From an archaeon (GTDB taxonomy: Archaea > Iainarchaeota > Iainarchaeia > Iainarchaeales > CSSED10-239), in assembly GCA_037147375.1 (NCBI GenBank), contig JBAWVI010000007.1, forward strand, positions 1 to 15,913: a stretch of DNA of 15,913 bases, given 5' to 3'. The notes under the pieces were generated by a model. It saw nothing but the letters and a program-made list of their open reading frames with translations. It was not told where the DNA came from and searched no databases. Shown here piece after piece: positions 1 through 7,266 of this stretch (its first letter is position 1; each line of letters starts with the position of its first letter). The translations under genes were made by a program, and so were the position numbers.

Positions 1-154
1 TAAAATGGATTTTGTGTTACTGGATCTGCATTTAAAGATATAAATAAGAATGATAAAAAGATTATACTTAATACTAAAATAATATATCTTACTTTCATAC
101 TTATATAGATATATAAAGGGTTTAAAAATATAACTATAAATTATTAACTAGAAA

Positions 155-189
155 AAGTAAATAAAAAACCTTTGAGATAAACTCAAAGG
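155..189 (-). terminator. Hairpin plus oligo-T tract downstream of the 950-aa surface protein gene
   Basis: Perfect 8-bp inverted repeat CCTTTGAG (169-176) / CTCAAAGG (182-189) with a 5-nt loop. It begins 9 nt past the stop codon (199-201) on the - strand and is followed on that strand by TTTTTTATTT (A-run 163-168 on +). Oligo-T tracts are the usual archaeal termination signal. Confidence 0.55.
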
Positions 190-198
190 TAACTTTAT

Positions 199-3051
199 TT
201 ATGGGAACGTATGAGTATACAAATCGCTCTGAACCCAATTAGAAGTTGCATATACTGTTAAATAATTAGGATCCCCATAATCTTCTGTTTCCATTATAGC
301 TCTTGCCTTGAAGTTTGTTGGTTGATTAATCCATATTGGTCCTGTGCTATTATAATTCCAACCATCACAAACTAAGTGTCCATTGAACAATCCAACTGGT
401 TCGCTACCATCCATTGTGTAACAAATTGTTGAACCAGGTGTTGGTGAAGTAAATGTTACATATGAACTTAAATAACTTGCACTTGGAGCTGCAGGTTTAG
501 GTATTCCATTTGCACAAATTATTGAAGTATATCTTTGACCTACTCCATGCTGTCCCCAATTAGTAAACTGATTACCATATGCTACAGGTCCATTACAATT
601 AAAATTACCTTTAACATATTGTAAATTTGGCTCGAAAGGTGCAGCTACAAATGTAAGACCATGATTTTGACAAAATAATTCTCCAACTGATGGCAACTTA
701 GCTAATTGATCATCTGGATTATAAGTTTGAGAAAGACCTAACCAAACCTGATTATAAATTACTGTATGTAAAGAATTAGATAAATTATTTGTACATGTAG
801 TAAATCTAATGTCCATTGGAGAATTAGGAGTTTCATCACCACATCCTGTTGGTACTCCACCTGTATATGTTAATTCATAAACAGGTACACTTAAAATATT
901 ACAACGGTCCATAATATAATTTTCAGTCATTATACTGCTTGCAGTATATCCTGACTTAAAACCAACTGCTTTCACTTGTGTATCACCAGTTAAGGTTATT
1001 GCACCACTATAGATTGGTGCACCAGGTGCTGGAACTTGCATAGGAGTTGATCCATCAGTTGTATAACGTATTTCTGCACTATTTGTAATTGAACTTATAC
1101 TTACATCAAGTGGAAGTACATAAGTTCCTCCTGTTGGACTAGCAGTAGGTAGTGCACATTTAAGTGTATAAATCTTAGTCATGATTCCACTTGGATTCAT
1201 TGGTGATAAACATCCAATTGCCTTTAAAGTTTTTGTTCCTGTAATAGGAATTGCGCTTACATATTGAGTTGATGAACAATTAGGATCTGTTCCATCAAGT
1301 GTATAGTGGACTATTGCACTTGGTGTACTACAACTTAAAGTTACTGATTGGTCATTATAGTATATACCACTATTTAGACTTGCAGTTGGTGTTGCAACAG
1401 TACCTACATTATTAATTGTCCATGTACTATCTTTATATGCTGAATTTGCAGCATTACTATCATTAGTTGCTGTAAATCTTAATCTATAAGTTCCAATTGT
1501 ATTACATCTAAATGGAGCATAACTTAATGTTGATGGAGCTAAATTAGTTCCAAGAGTAATACTTGGTGCATAAACACTATTATATGCACAATTAGAGGTT
1601 GAAAAACCAGTGGAGTCATCTTTAACATCCACTTTTAATGTATATCTTACTGTTGACGCATTTTCTAATGTATTTACATCAACATTGAAATCAGTATTTA
1701 AAGTTGTTGATCCAGTTGTTGGAGTTACATTTATTTTCATTGGAGTTGGTGGTGTAAGCACAAATGAAGCTGCTACTGTTATATTTCCTTGAACATTTGT
1801 ATCTGTTCTTGGATTAGCTGTTGAACCATCACTCCACTGATTAAAATCATAACCTGTGTTTCCAACTGCAGTTACTGGAGTTCCAGAACCACCCTTAGCA
1901 ACTGTTTGTGGAGAAACACCACTTATTGTACCATTTGGACCTGCTGTGTATGTTAAAGTATAATTTACACCCACGTTTTTAACAAAGGTTATACGTATCC
2001 AATGATTACGATCAACTGCATAAAATGTATATGAATTTCCTAAGTGACCAAATGATTGTACGGTTCCATCTACATTTACTTCACCTATAAGATAACCTGG
2101 ATTTGCAGACCATGTAAATTTTTGATCATTTCCAGCAGGAACTAATACTTGACCACTAGGAATTATTGTACCGCCCACTGTACCGTCACTAGGAAATGTT
2201 CTAACAAATGCAAAAATAGTATAATCTGCTGGTGGAGTTGGATCTTCAATTCTACAAGTTACATCAATTGTATGATTTGCTTGTACATTAATAAAATCAT
2301 AAGTTAATGTAGGAGATATTACTTCACTCCCATCTACCATTAATGTATCAATCTCATAACCTGTATCAGGGATAATTTTATATGATTGATCATTACCTTC
2401 ATTAACATCTGTTGCACCTAAAGGAAATATTGTACAATTAGGACCAGCTGTTGATTTGATTGTATATGTATTTGTTGGTGAACCAACTAACTTGAATGTT
2501 GCATGAATTGTATGATTTGATTGTATATCAGTAAATGGATACGGGTTAACTACTGTCGTAGATGTACCATCAATATAAAGTTTATTAATTTCGTAAGTTA
2601 CGTTAGGTGTGATTACATATGATTGATTATCACCTTGATTAACAGTTGTAACACCAGGTGGTGTTACTGTACCATTAGGATTTTGTGTTGCAGTTATAGT
2701 AAAAGTTCCTAAACAATTTGATATGTTTAAAGTACAATTCGAATTACATGAAAGGGTACCTCCACCATTATAACCTTCAGTGGCACAATCATAAGGCCCA
2801 AATAATAATCCATCACATTTTTCTCCAGGATCTAAAGCACTATTACCACATGGAGTTCCATAGATTGGTTCATTAAGATCACCAATCATTCCATTATAAT
2901 CTAAATTTGCAATCTCAGTTGCTTCCGCTGTTTTTTTATTAATGTTAGATAAATAAAAAGTTCCTAAAATTATTCCTCCTATAACTAGAACTCCTAGTAT
3001 TGCTAGAATTTCTATTGATGTTTGTCCTTTACTTTTATTTTTATTAAACAA
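199..3051 (-). CDS. Large secreted/surface protein with class III (archaeal type IV pilin-like) signal peptide; modular putative adhesin
   Basis: 950-codon ORF. The start is TTG (3049-3051), preceded by the same 11-nt GGTGATTAAAT leader as the paralog at 3259-3645. The N-terminus MFNKNKSKG|QTSIEILAILGVLVIGGIILG has a short basic region, a G|Q cleavage context, the QxSxE motif and a hydrophobic helix (Class_IIIsignal/DUF361-like). A six-Cys module spans aa 68-113 (CGNSALDPGEKCDG...). Four B-repeat-like modules of about 70-80 aa span aa 117-431. An Ig-like Thr/Ser-rich segment spans aa 437-555. CHB_HEX_C-like modules (IxYTxDG[ST]xP) lie at aa 560-632, 640-714 and 858-950. An unassigned six-Cys domain spans aa 715-855. 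Confidence 0.9.
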   Translation of the reverse strand: MFNKNKSKGQTSIEILAILGVLVIGGIILGTFYLSNINKKTAEATEIANLDYNGMIGDLNEPIYGTPCGNSALDPGEKCDGLLFGPYDCATEGYNGGGTLSCNSNCTLNISNCLGTFTITATQNPNGTVTPPGVTTVNQGDNQSYVITPNVTYEINKLYIDGTSTTVVNPYPFTDIQSNHTIHATFKLVGSPTNTYTIKSTAGPNCTIFPLGATDVNEGNDQSYKIIPDTGYEIDTLMVDGSEVISPTLTYDFINVQANHTIDVTCRIEDPTPPADYTIFAFVRTFPSDGTVGGTIIPSGQVLVPAGNDQKFTWSANPGYLIGEVNVDGTVQSFGHLGNSYTFYAVDRNHWIRITFVKNVGVNYTLTYTAGPNGTISGVSPQTVAKGGSGTPVTAVGNTGYDFNQWSDGSTANPRTDTNVQGNITVAASFVLTPPTPMKINVTPTTGSTTLNTDFNVDVNTLENASTVRYTLKVDVKDDSTGFSTSNCAYNSVYAPSITLGTNLAPSTLSYAPFRCNTIGTYRLRFTATNDSNAANSAYKDSTWTINNVGTVATPTASLNSGIYYNDQSVTLSCSTPSAIVHYTLDGTDPNCSSTQYVSAIPITGTKTLKAIGCLSPMNPSGIMTKIYTLKCALPTASPTGGTYVLPLDVSISSITNSAEIRYTTDGSTPMQVPAPGAPIYSGAITLTGDTQVKAVGFKSGYTASSIMTENYIMDRCNILSVPVYELTYTGGVPTGCGDETPNSPMDIRFTTCTNNLSNSLHTVIYNQVWLGLSQTYNPDDQLAKLPSVGELFCQNHGLTFVAAPFEPNLQYVKGNFNCNGPVAYGNQFTNWGQHGVGQRYTSIICANGIPKPAAPSASYLSSYVTFTSPTPGSTICYTMDGSEPVGLFNGHLVCDGWNYNSTGPIWINQPTNFKARAIMETEDYGDPNYLTVYATSNWVQSDLYTHTFP
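1759..2703 (-). repeat. Tandem array of four protein-domain repeats (InlB B-repeat / Flg_new-like) inside the 950-aa CDS
   Basis: aa 117-187, 196-267 and 277-357 share the pattern [FY]T[IL]...G...V..G..Q.[YF].I.P..GY.I..[LV].VDG....Y.F..[IV]..NHTI...F. aa 364-431 is the related GYDFNQWSDG...NITV..SF type. Residual DNA identity remains at the NHTI-coding segments (AATTGTATGATTTG at about 2268-2281 and about 2507-2520). Confidence 0.7.
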
Positions 3052-3062
3052 ATTTAATCACC
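3052..3062 (-). promoter_or_regulatory. Shine-Dalgarno leader GGTGATTAAAT directly before the TTG start of the 950-aa gene
   Basis: The reverse complement of 3052-3062 is GGTGATTAAAT, identical to the leader of the paralog at 3646-3656. GGTGAT is complementary to the AUCACC near the conserved 3' end of 16S rRNA. Confidence 0.6.
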
Positions 3063-3258
3063 TTTCATTTATCCATAAATAATTATTAATAATAGTAATT
3101 ATAGTAAAATACATTAAGTTTATAAATATTACTTTTTTAAACAAATAATTGGAAGAAATGAATTTTAATTGCTTTAAAAAAAGGAGAATATGTAAAATAT
3201 ATATAAATAAGTAATAAATAACAAAAACAGTTTAAAAAATATTTAAATTAAATAAATT

Positions 3259-3645
3259 TTACTTAACTGTGCACATAGTTTTATCAAAGGTGCATTCTTG
3301 TGCAGTCCCAACTGCATAACAAGTTAATGATCCTGTTAAACTTGGATCTTCTGACTCACAAGTCTTTCCATCTACATTTATAGGAGGCCCTGGTTCACAT
3401 TCTTCAGCCCCATCTATAAAACCATCTCCACAAATTACAGGAGTTCCTGGAATATAAAGTTCATCTGAATTTAAATCATCATTCATAGCAGTTGCTGTAT
3501 TTAAAACTCTTGCAGCTTCTCCTGTTTTCTTATTTTGATTAGATAAATAGAAGCTACCAATAATAACAGCTCCAACAATAAGAACTCCAAGTATAACTAT
3601 AACTTCAATTGTAGCTTGTGCTTTTTGTTTATTTTTTAAAAACAT
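3259..3645 (-). CDS. Small class III signal peptide (type IV pilin-like) protein with C-terminal six-Cys module
   Basis: 128-aa ORF with an ATG start preceded by GGTGATTAAAT. The N-terminus MFLKNKQKA|QATIEVIVILGVLIVGAVIIGSFYLSNQNKKTGEA is co-linear with the N-terminus of the 950-aa protein (MFNKNKSKG|QTSIEILAILGVLVIGGIILGTFYLSNINKKTAEA). Cys residues at 72, 83, 96, 109, 118 and 125 include CGDGFIDGAEECE, which resembles the CGDGxxxxxEECD cysteine-rich repeat family. Confidence 0.85.
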   Translation of the reverse strand: MFLKNKQKAQATIEVIVILGVLIVGAVIIGSFYLSNQNKKTGEAARVLNTATAMNDDLNSDELYIPGTPVICGDGFIDGAEECEPGPPINVDGKTCESEDPSLTGSLTCYAVGTAQECTFDKTMCTVK

Positions 3646-3656
3646 ATTTAATCACC
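3646..3656 (-). promoter_or_regulatory. Shine-Dalgarno leader GGTGATTAAAT directly before the ATG of the 128-aa pilin-like gene
   Basis: The reverse complement of 3646-3656 is GGTGATTAAAT, the same 11-mer and the same spacing as at 3052-3062. Confidence 0.6.
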
Positions 3657-3734
3657 AATATCATATCTATTCAATATAATTAAGTATAATAAAAGGCGTT
3701 AGATTTAAATACGTTTTTATTATAGAATAATCTT

Positions 3735-4307
3735 ATGGATATAAAGCAAATCCTAAGTAAGGATTTAAAAAAAGCAGATAAATTTAAACAAGCAATTCTA
3801 AATCCAGAAAATAAAAGAAGATATAGACCTTGGTCAACAGTTTATAAAAACCATAAAAGAGAGCCAAGTTTATTTATTGGAGCATACGATAAAGATAAAC
3901 TGATAGGAATTATTTTTGGATATATTAAAAAAAGTAAAATATTAATTGGAGAGATGGCAGTTTCTGAAAAATATAGAAATAAAGGGATTGGTAGTAAATT
4001 AATTAATTTTTTTGAAAAACAAGTAAAAAAATTAAATAAAAAAGAAATTGTATTAGGTTCTTGGGAATCTGCAGAAAAGTTTTATTTAAAACAAGGATAT
4101 AAACCACAATTGTTTATTCAGATACCACATGATAAAGTTCCTAAAGATTACAAAAAGATGGGTTATGATATTATTAAAGAAACAAATTACAAAGATGCTA
4201 AAAAATTAACAATTAGAGTAAATAAATTAGATGATAAATTAAAACAAAAAGCAAAAAAGGATTTTAATACAGATGATGTGATTTATTTATTTAGGAAAGA
4301 AGTATGA
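3735..4307 (+). CDS. GNAT-family N-acetyltransferase
   Basis: 190-aa ORF. Acetyl-CoA-binding motif A: IGEMAVSEKYRNKGIGSKLINFFEKQVKKLNKKEIVLGS...AEKFYLKQGY (V..x.YRxxGIGxxL...A..FYxKxG[FY]). Confidence 0.85.
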   Translation: MDIKQILSKDLKKADKFKQAILNPENKRRYRPWSTVYKNHKREPSLFIGAYDKDKLIGIIFGYIKKSKILIGEMAVSEKYRNKGIGSKLINFFEKQVKKLNKKEIVLGSWESAEKFYLKQGYKPQLFIQIPHDKVPKDYKKMGYDIIKETNYKDAKKLTIRVNKLDDKLKQKAKKDFNTDDVIYLFRKEV

Positions 4308-4656
4308 TTTAGATATAGCCAAGAAGAAATAGCCGCAGAAAAAATATTTGCTTAATTTAAAAATCATCTACAATTTTAATTAATCTACGATAACTCATTT
4401 GACATCGTTCCTTTAATGTCAGTAGATACATATAAACCAAATTTTTGTATATTTCAGTAGAATACTTGAGAATAAAAGAAGGGACACTAACTTTGTAACG
4501 TTCTTTAAACTATCTTGTAGAAAGAAATAAAAACAATTAGATACTACTATACAACTGAAGTGGTCAATAATATAAATGTAAATTTATATTATCACCTAAA
4601 AATAAGGAATTAAAGAGGGTTTCTACAGACCCATAAAAATTAAGAGGGTTTCAAAG

Positions 4657-5622
4657 ATGGATACTTATTTAGTTACAGGATGTGCTGGTTTTATTGGGTT
4701 TAATTTTATCAAAAAGATGTTAATAGAAGGTAAAAATATAATTGGAATTGATAATCTAAATAATTATTATAATCCAAAACTTAAAAAAAAAAGATTAAAT
4801 ATTTTAAAAAGATATAAAAAATTTATATTTAAAAAGATAGATATAGCAGATTATAATAAATTATATAATTTTATCAATCAAAAAAATATTAATGTTATTG
4901 TTCATCTTGCAGCACAGGCAGGTGTTAGATATTCATTACAAAATCCTTGGGCATATGAATCATCTAATAATTTAGGTACATTAAATGTGTTCGAATGTGC
5001 AAGAAATTGCAACATTAAAAAAGTGGTATTTGCATCATCTGCATCCGTTTATGGTGATTTAAATTCAAGTTGGTGTGAGTATAAAAAAACGGCTCCAATT
5101 TCATTGTATGCAGCAACTAAATTATATAATGAAAATTTAGCATATGCTTATAATCATTTATATAATATTGATTTTGTTGGTTTGAGATTTTTCTCTGCAT
5201 ATGGAGAATATGGTAGACCAGATATGGCATTGTGGATATTTGCAAAAAATATATTGGAAGATAAGCCAATTGATGTATATAATTTTGGGAATATGAAAAG
5301 AGATTTTTCCTATATTGATGATATTGTATCAGGAATATCCGAAGCAATTAAATATAATAAATCGAGTTTTGAAATATTTAATTTAAGTTCTGGTGGTTCT
5401 ATTACTTTGAAAAAATATATACAATTAATTGAAAAACATATTGGCAAAAACGCAAAAATAAATTATTTACCATTGCAAGCGGGGGATATTTTAAAATCAG
5501 AGGCCAATTTACAAAAATCAAATAAATTATTACGATATTATCCAAAAACAAATATTGATGTGGGGGTTAATAAATTTATTAAATGGTATCTTGAAAATTG
5601 GAATTGGATAAAAGATTTGTGA
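4657..5622 (+). CDS. NAD-dependent epimerase/dehydratase (extended SDR), UDP-glucuronate 4-epimerase-like
   Basis: 321-aa ORF. It has the Rossmann motif VTGCAGFIGFNF, the DNLNNYYNPKLKKKRL segment typical of UDP-GlcA 4-epimerases, and the catalytic SSASVYG and YAATK (YxxxK) motifs. The stretch GLRFFSAYGEYGRPDMALWIFAKNILEDKPIDVYNFGNMKRDFSYIDDIV closely matches the GLRFFTVYGPWGRPDMA...KRDFTYIDDIV signature of that subfamily. Sugar specificity is inferred only. Confidence 0.88.
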   Translation: MDTYLVTGCAGFIGFNFIKKMLIEGKNIIGIDNLNNYYNPKLKKKRLNILKRYKKFIFKKIDIADYNKLYNFINQKNINVIVHLAAQAGVRYSLQNPWAYESSNNLGTLNVFECARNCNIKKVVFASSASVYGDLNSSWCEYKKTAPISLYAATKLYNENLAYAYNHLYNIDFVGLRFFSAYGEYGRPDMALWIFAKNILEDKPIDVYNFGNMKRDFSYIDDIVSGISEAIKYNKSSFEIFNLSSGGSITLKKYIQLIEKHIGKNAKINYLPLQAGDILKSEANLQKSNKLLRYYPKTNIDVGVNKFIKWYLENWNWIKDL

Positions 5623-6084
5623 TCTTTGGATATACCATTTTTAAAACCAAGAGATAGTGGAGAGATAGAATATAATGTTTGATTTTAGCAAACAAATTGC
5701 ACGTTATGCATACATTGTTGTTGATTCAGAAAACAGATATATATAAACCACATTAAAAATTACTTTACAATTCTACAGATAAACCCATCACAAAATGTGT
5801 TGTAACAATATTTTGATGTAAAAACAATGTGGAAAGAGTTCTTATATACACCCGAAAAGTTTTTATTCATATAGTCTTACAATTCATGTATACATCACTC
5901 TTATTGACCTGCGATTAATAGGATATATTTACAATAATTTGGTTAACGTCACGTATAAACAACTTCATCAATCTATTAATGTGCAGAACTCAGCTTCATG
6001 GTTTCATAAGGAAAAAAACAAATAGTTAAACCAAATATAAAATCCCGTAAAGCAGGAAACAAATATTACAAGAAATGATTAAAT

Positions 6085-7248
6085 ATGGAAAACAAAAAAA
6101 TTAATTTACTTGTTGTGGGATTAGGGAATTGGGCAAAAAGTTCTTTACTTATGTTAAAAGAACACAATATAGAAAATATAGTAGATAAATGTATATTAAT
6201 ATCCAGATCTAAAAAAAATACATTATTTGTAAAGAAATTAAGACTAAAAATAAAACATAAAATATATACTAATTTGAAACTCGCTTTATACGAAAATAAT
6301 ATTAACGCTATATATATATGTACTCCTGATCACTTGCATATACATTTTATAAATAAAATATTAAAAATTACAAAAAATAAAGAAAAAATACACTTTTTAA
6401 TAGAAAAGCCTTTTGGGACCAATACAAATTCAATTATACAAACTATGAACAAATTAGGTTATACTTACAAAAAAGGTCATTTCTTCCCAACAATGAATGC
6501 AGGGTTTGTTATGATAGATTGGCATAAAAAATATAGTCCTCAGCAGAAACAATTAGTTCACATGATTAAAAATAATAATCTCGGCAAATTAAAATCAATT
6601 AGAATAAGATATCTTGATAAAAAAATGGTCTTGTCTAAAAAATTCATTTCTTGGTTTAAAAAAACAAATGTATTTTCATTTTTAGCGGGGCAATATATTG
6701 ATCTAATATTTCATACATTTCCTGATTTTGTGCCCAAAAAAATGGTAGTTGTGGCATATAAAAACCGTGATGGATGTATAACAGAAGCAACATTGTGCAT
6801 AAATATTCAACATAAAATAAAATTATACAGTGCTCTAGTTACTATGATAGTAACTTGTAATGAACCAGATAATAATTATACTCTAACAGAACAGGATATT
6901 GTGTTTGTTTTTGAGAACGCAAAAATAAAAATAGATACTACTGGGCGTGATTTCGAATTAATTGATAAGACTGGAATCTCATTTATAAATGTACATTCTA
7001 GAACAGGTCTTACAGATGCCTGGGAAAATGATTTCGTTACATATGGATATACTTACGAATCACAAAAGCGCTGGTTATATACAGTATACAATATTATTAA
7101 TAAAAATAAAACTATTTCTGAATCAATTAAACAATATCCAATAAGTATATTCCCTGAAATCATAATAGAATATTGTAATAGGAGTTTAACAAAAGTTAAA
7201 ACAAAATCAAATATTATTTTTGGTAAGATAAGTAAAATAAAAATTTAA
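6085..7248 (+). CDS. Gfo/Idh/MocA-family NAD(P)-dependent oxidoreductase (divergent)
   Basis: 387-aa ORF. N-terminal Rossmann KINLLVVGLGNWAK, then ICTPDHLHIHFINKIL...HFLIEKPF, which matches the family signature (TPxxxH...EKP). I cannot recognise the C-terminal half by eye. The gene converges on the M20 gene with only an 18-bp spacer (7249-7266). Confidence 0.72.
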   Translation: MENKKINLLVVGLGNWAKSSLLMLKEHNIENIVDKCILISRSKKNTLFVKKLRLKIKHKIYTNLKLALYENNINAIYICTPDHLHIHFINKILKITKNKEKIHFLIEKPFGTNTNSIIQTMNKLGYTYKKGHFFPTMNAGFVMIDWHKKYSPQQKQLVHMIKNNNLGKLKSIRIRYLDKKMVLSKKFISWFKKTNVFSFLAGQYIDLIFHTFPDFVPKKMVVVAYKNRDGCITEATLCINIQHKIKLYSALVTMIVTCNEPDNNYTLTEQDIVFVFENAKIKIDTTGRDFELIDKTGISFINVHSRTGLTDAWENDFVTYGYTYESQKRWLYTVYNIINKNKTISESIKQYPISIFPEIIIEYCNRSLTKVKTKSNIIFGKISKIKI

Positions 7249-7266
7249 CAAATTAGAAATCTGATT

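Noticed and set aside
1610-1792. 60-aa plus-strand ORF
   Set aside because: It is antisense inside the 950-aa CDS, whose frame is supported by domain motifs over its full length. This is a shadow ORF.
199-3051. Visibly higher G+C of the 950-aa gene compared with the ligase operon, as a hint of horizontal transfer
   Set aside because: The Gly/Thr/Pro/Val/Ala-rich composition of the extracellular domains accounts for the difference. Third codon positions remain A/T-biased like the rest of the window, and the gene shares its leader and N-terminus with the neighbouring paralog.
5117-5347. 76-aa minus-strand ORF
   Set aside because: It is antisense to the epimerase CDS exactly across the conserved YAATK...GRPDMA region. 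Its composition is low-complexity Tyr/Ile/Gln-rich. This is a shadow ORF.
5675-5746. 23-codon ORF (MFDFSKQIARYAYIVVDSENRYI) with an upstream GGAGAG
   Set aside because: It is too short and has no recognisable motif. It could be a remnant of a decayed gene or chance. It is not reported as a feature.
4430-5788. Shared short words between the two spacers flanking the epimerase gene: ATATAAACCA at 4430-4439 and 5741-5750; TTCTACAGA...CCCAT at 4621-4634 and 5771-5788
   Set aside because: They would suggest flanking repeats of an inserted cassette. However, single 9-10-mers are about what chance allows when comparing two AT-rich spacers of roughly 350 and 460 bp. Their spacing also differs (about 190 versus 30 nt), and no extended alignment is visible.
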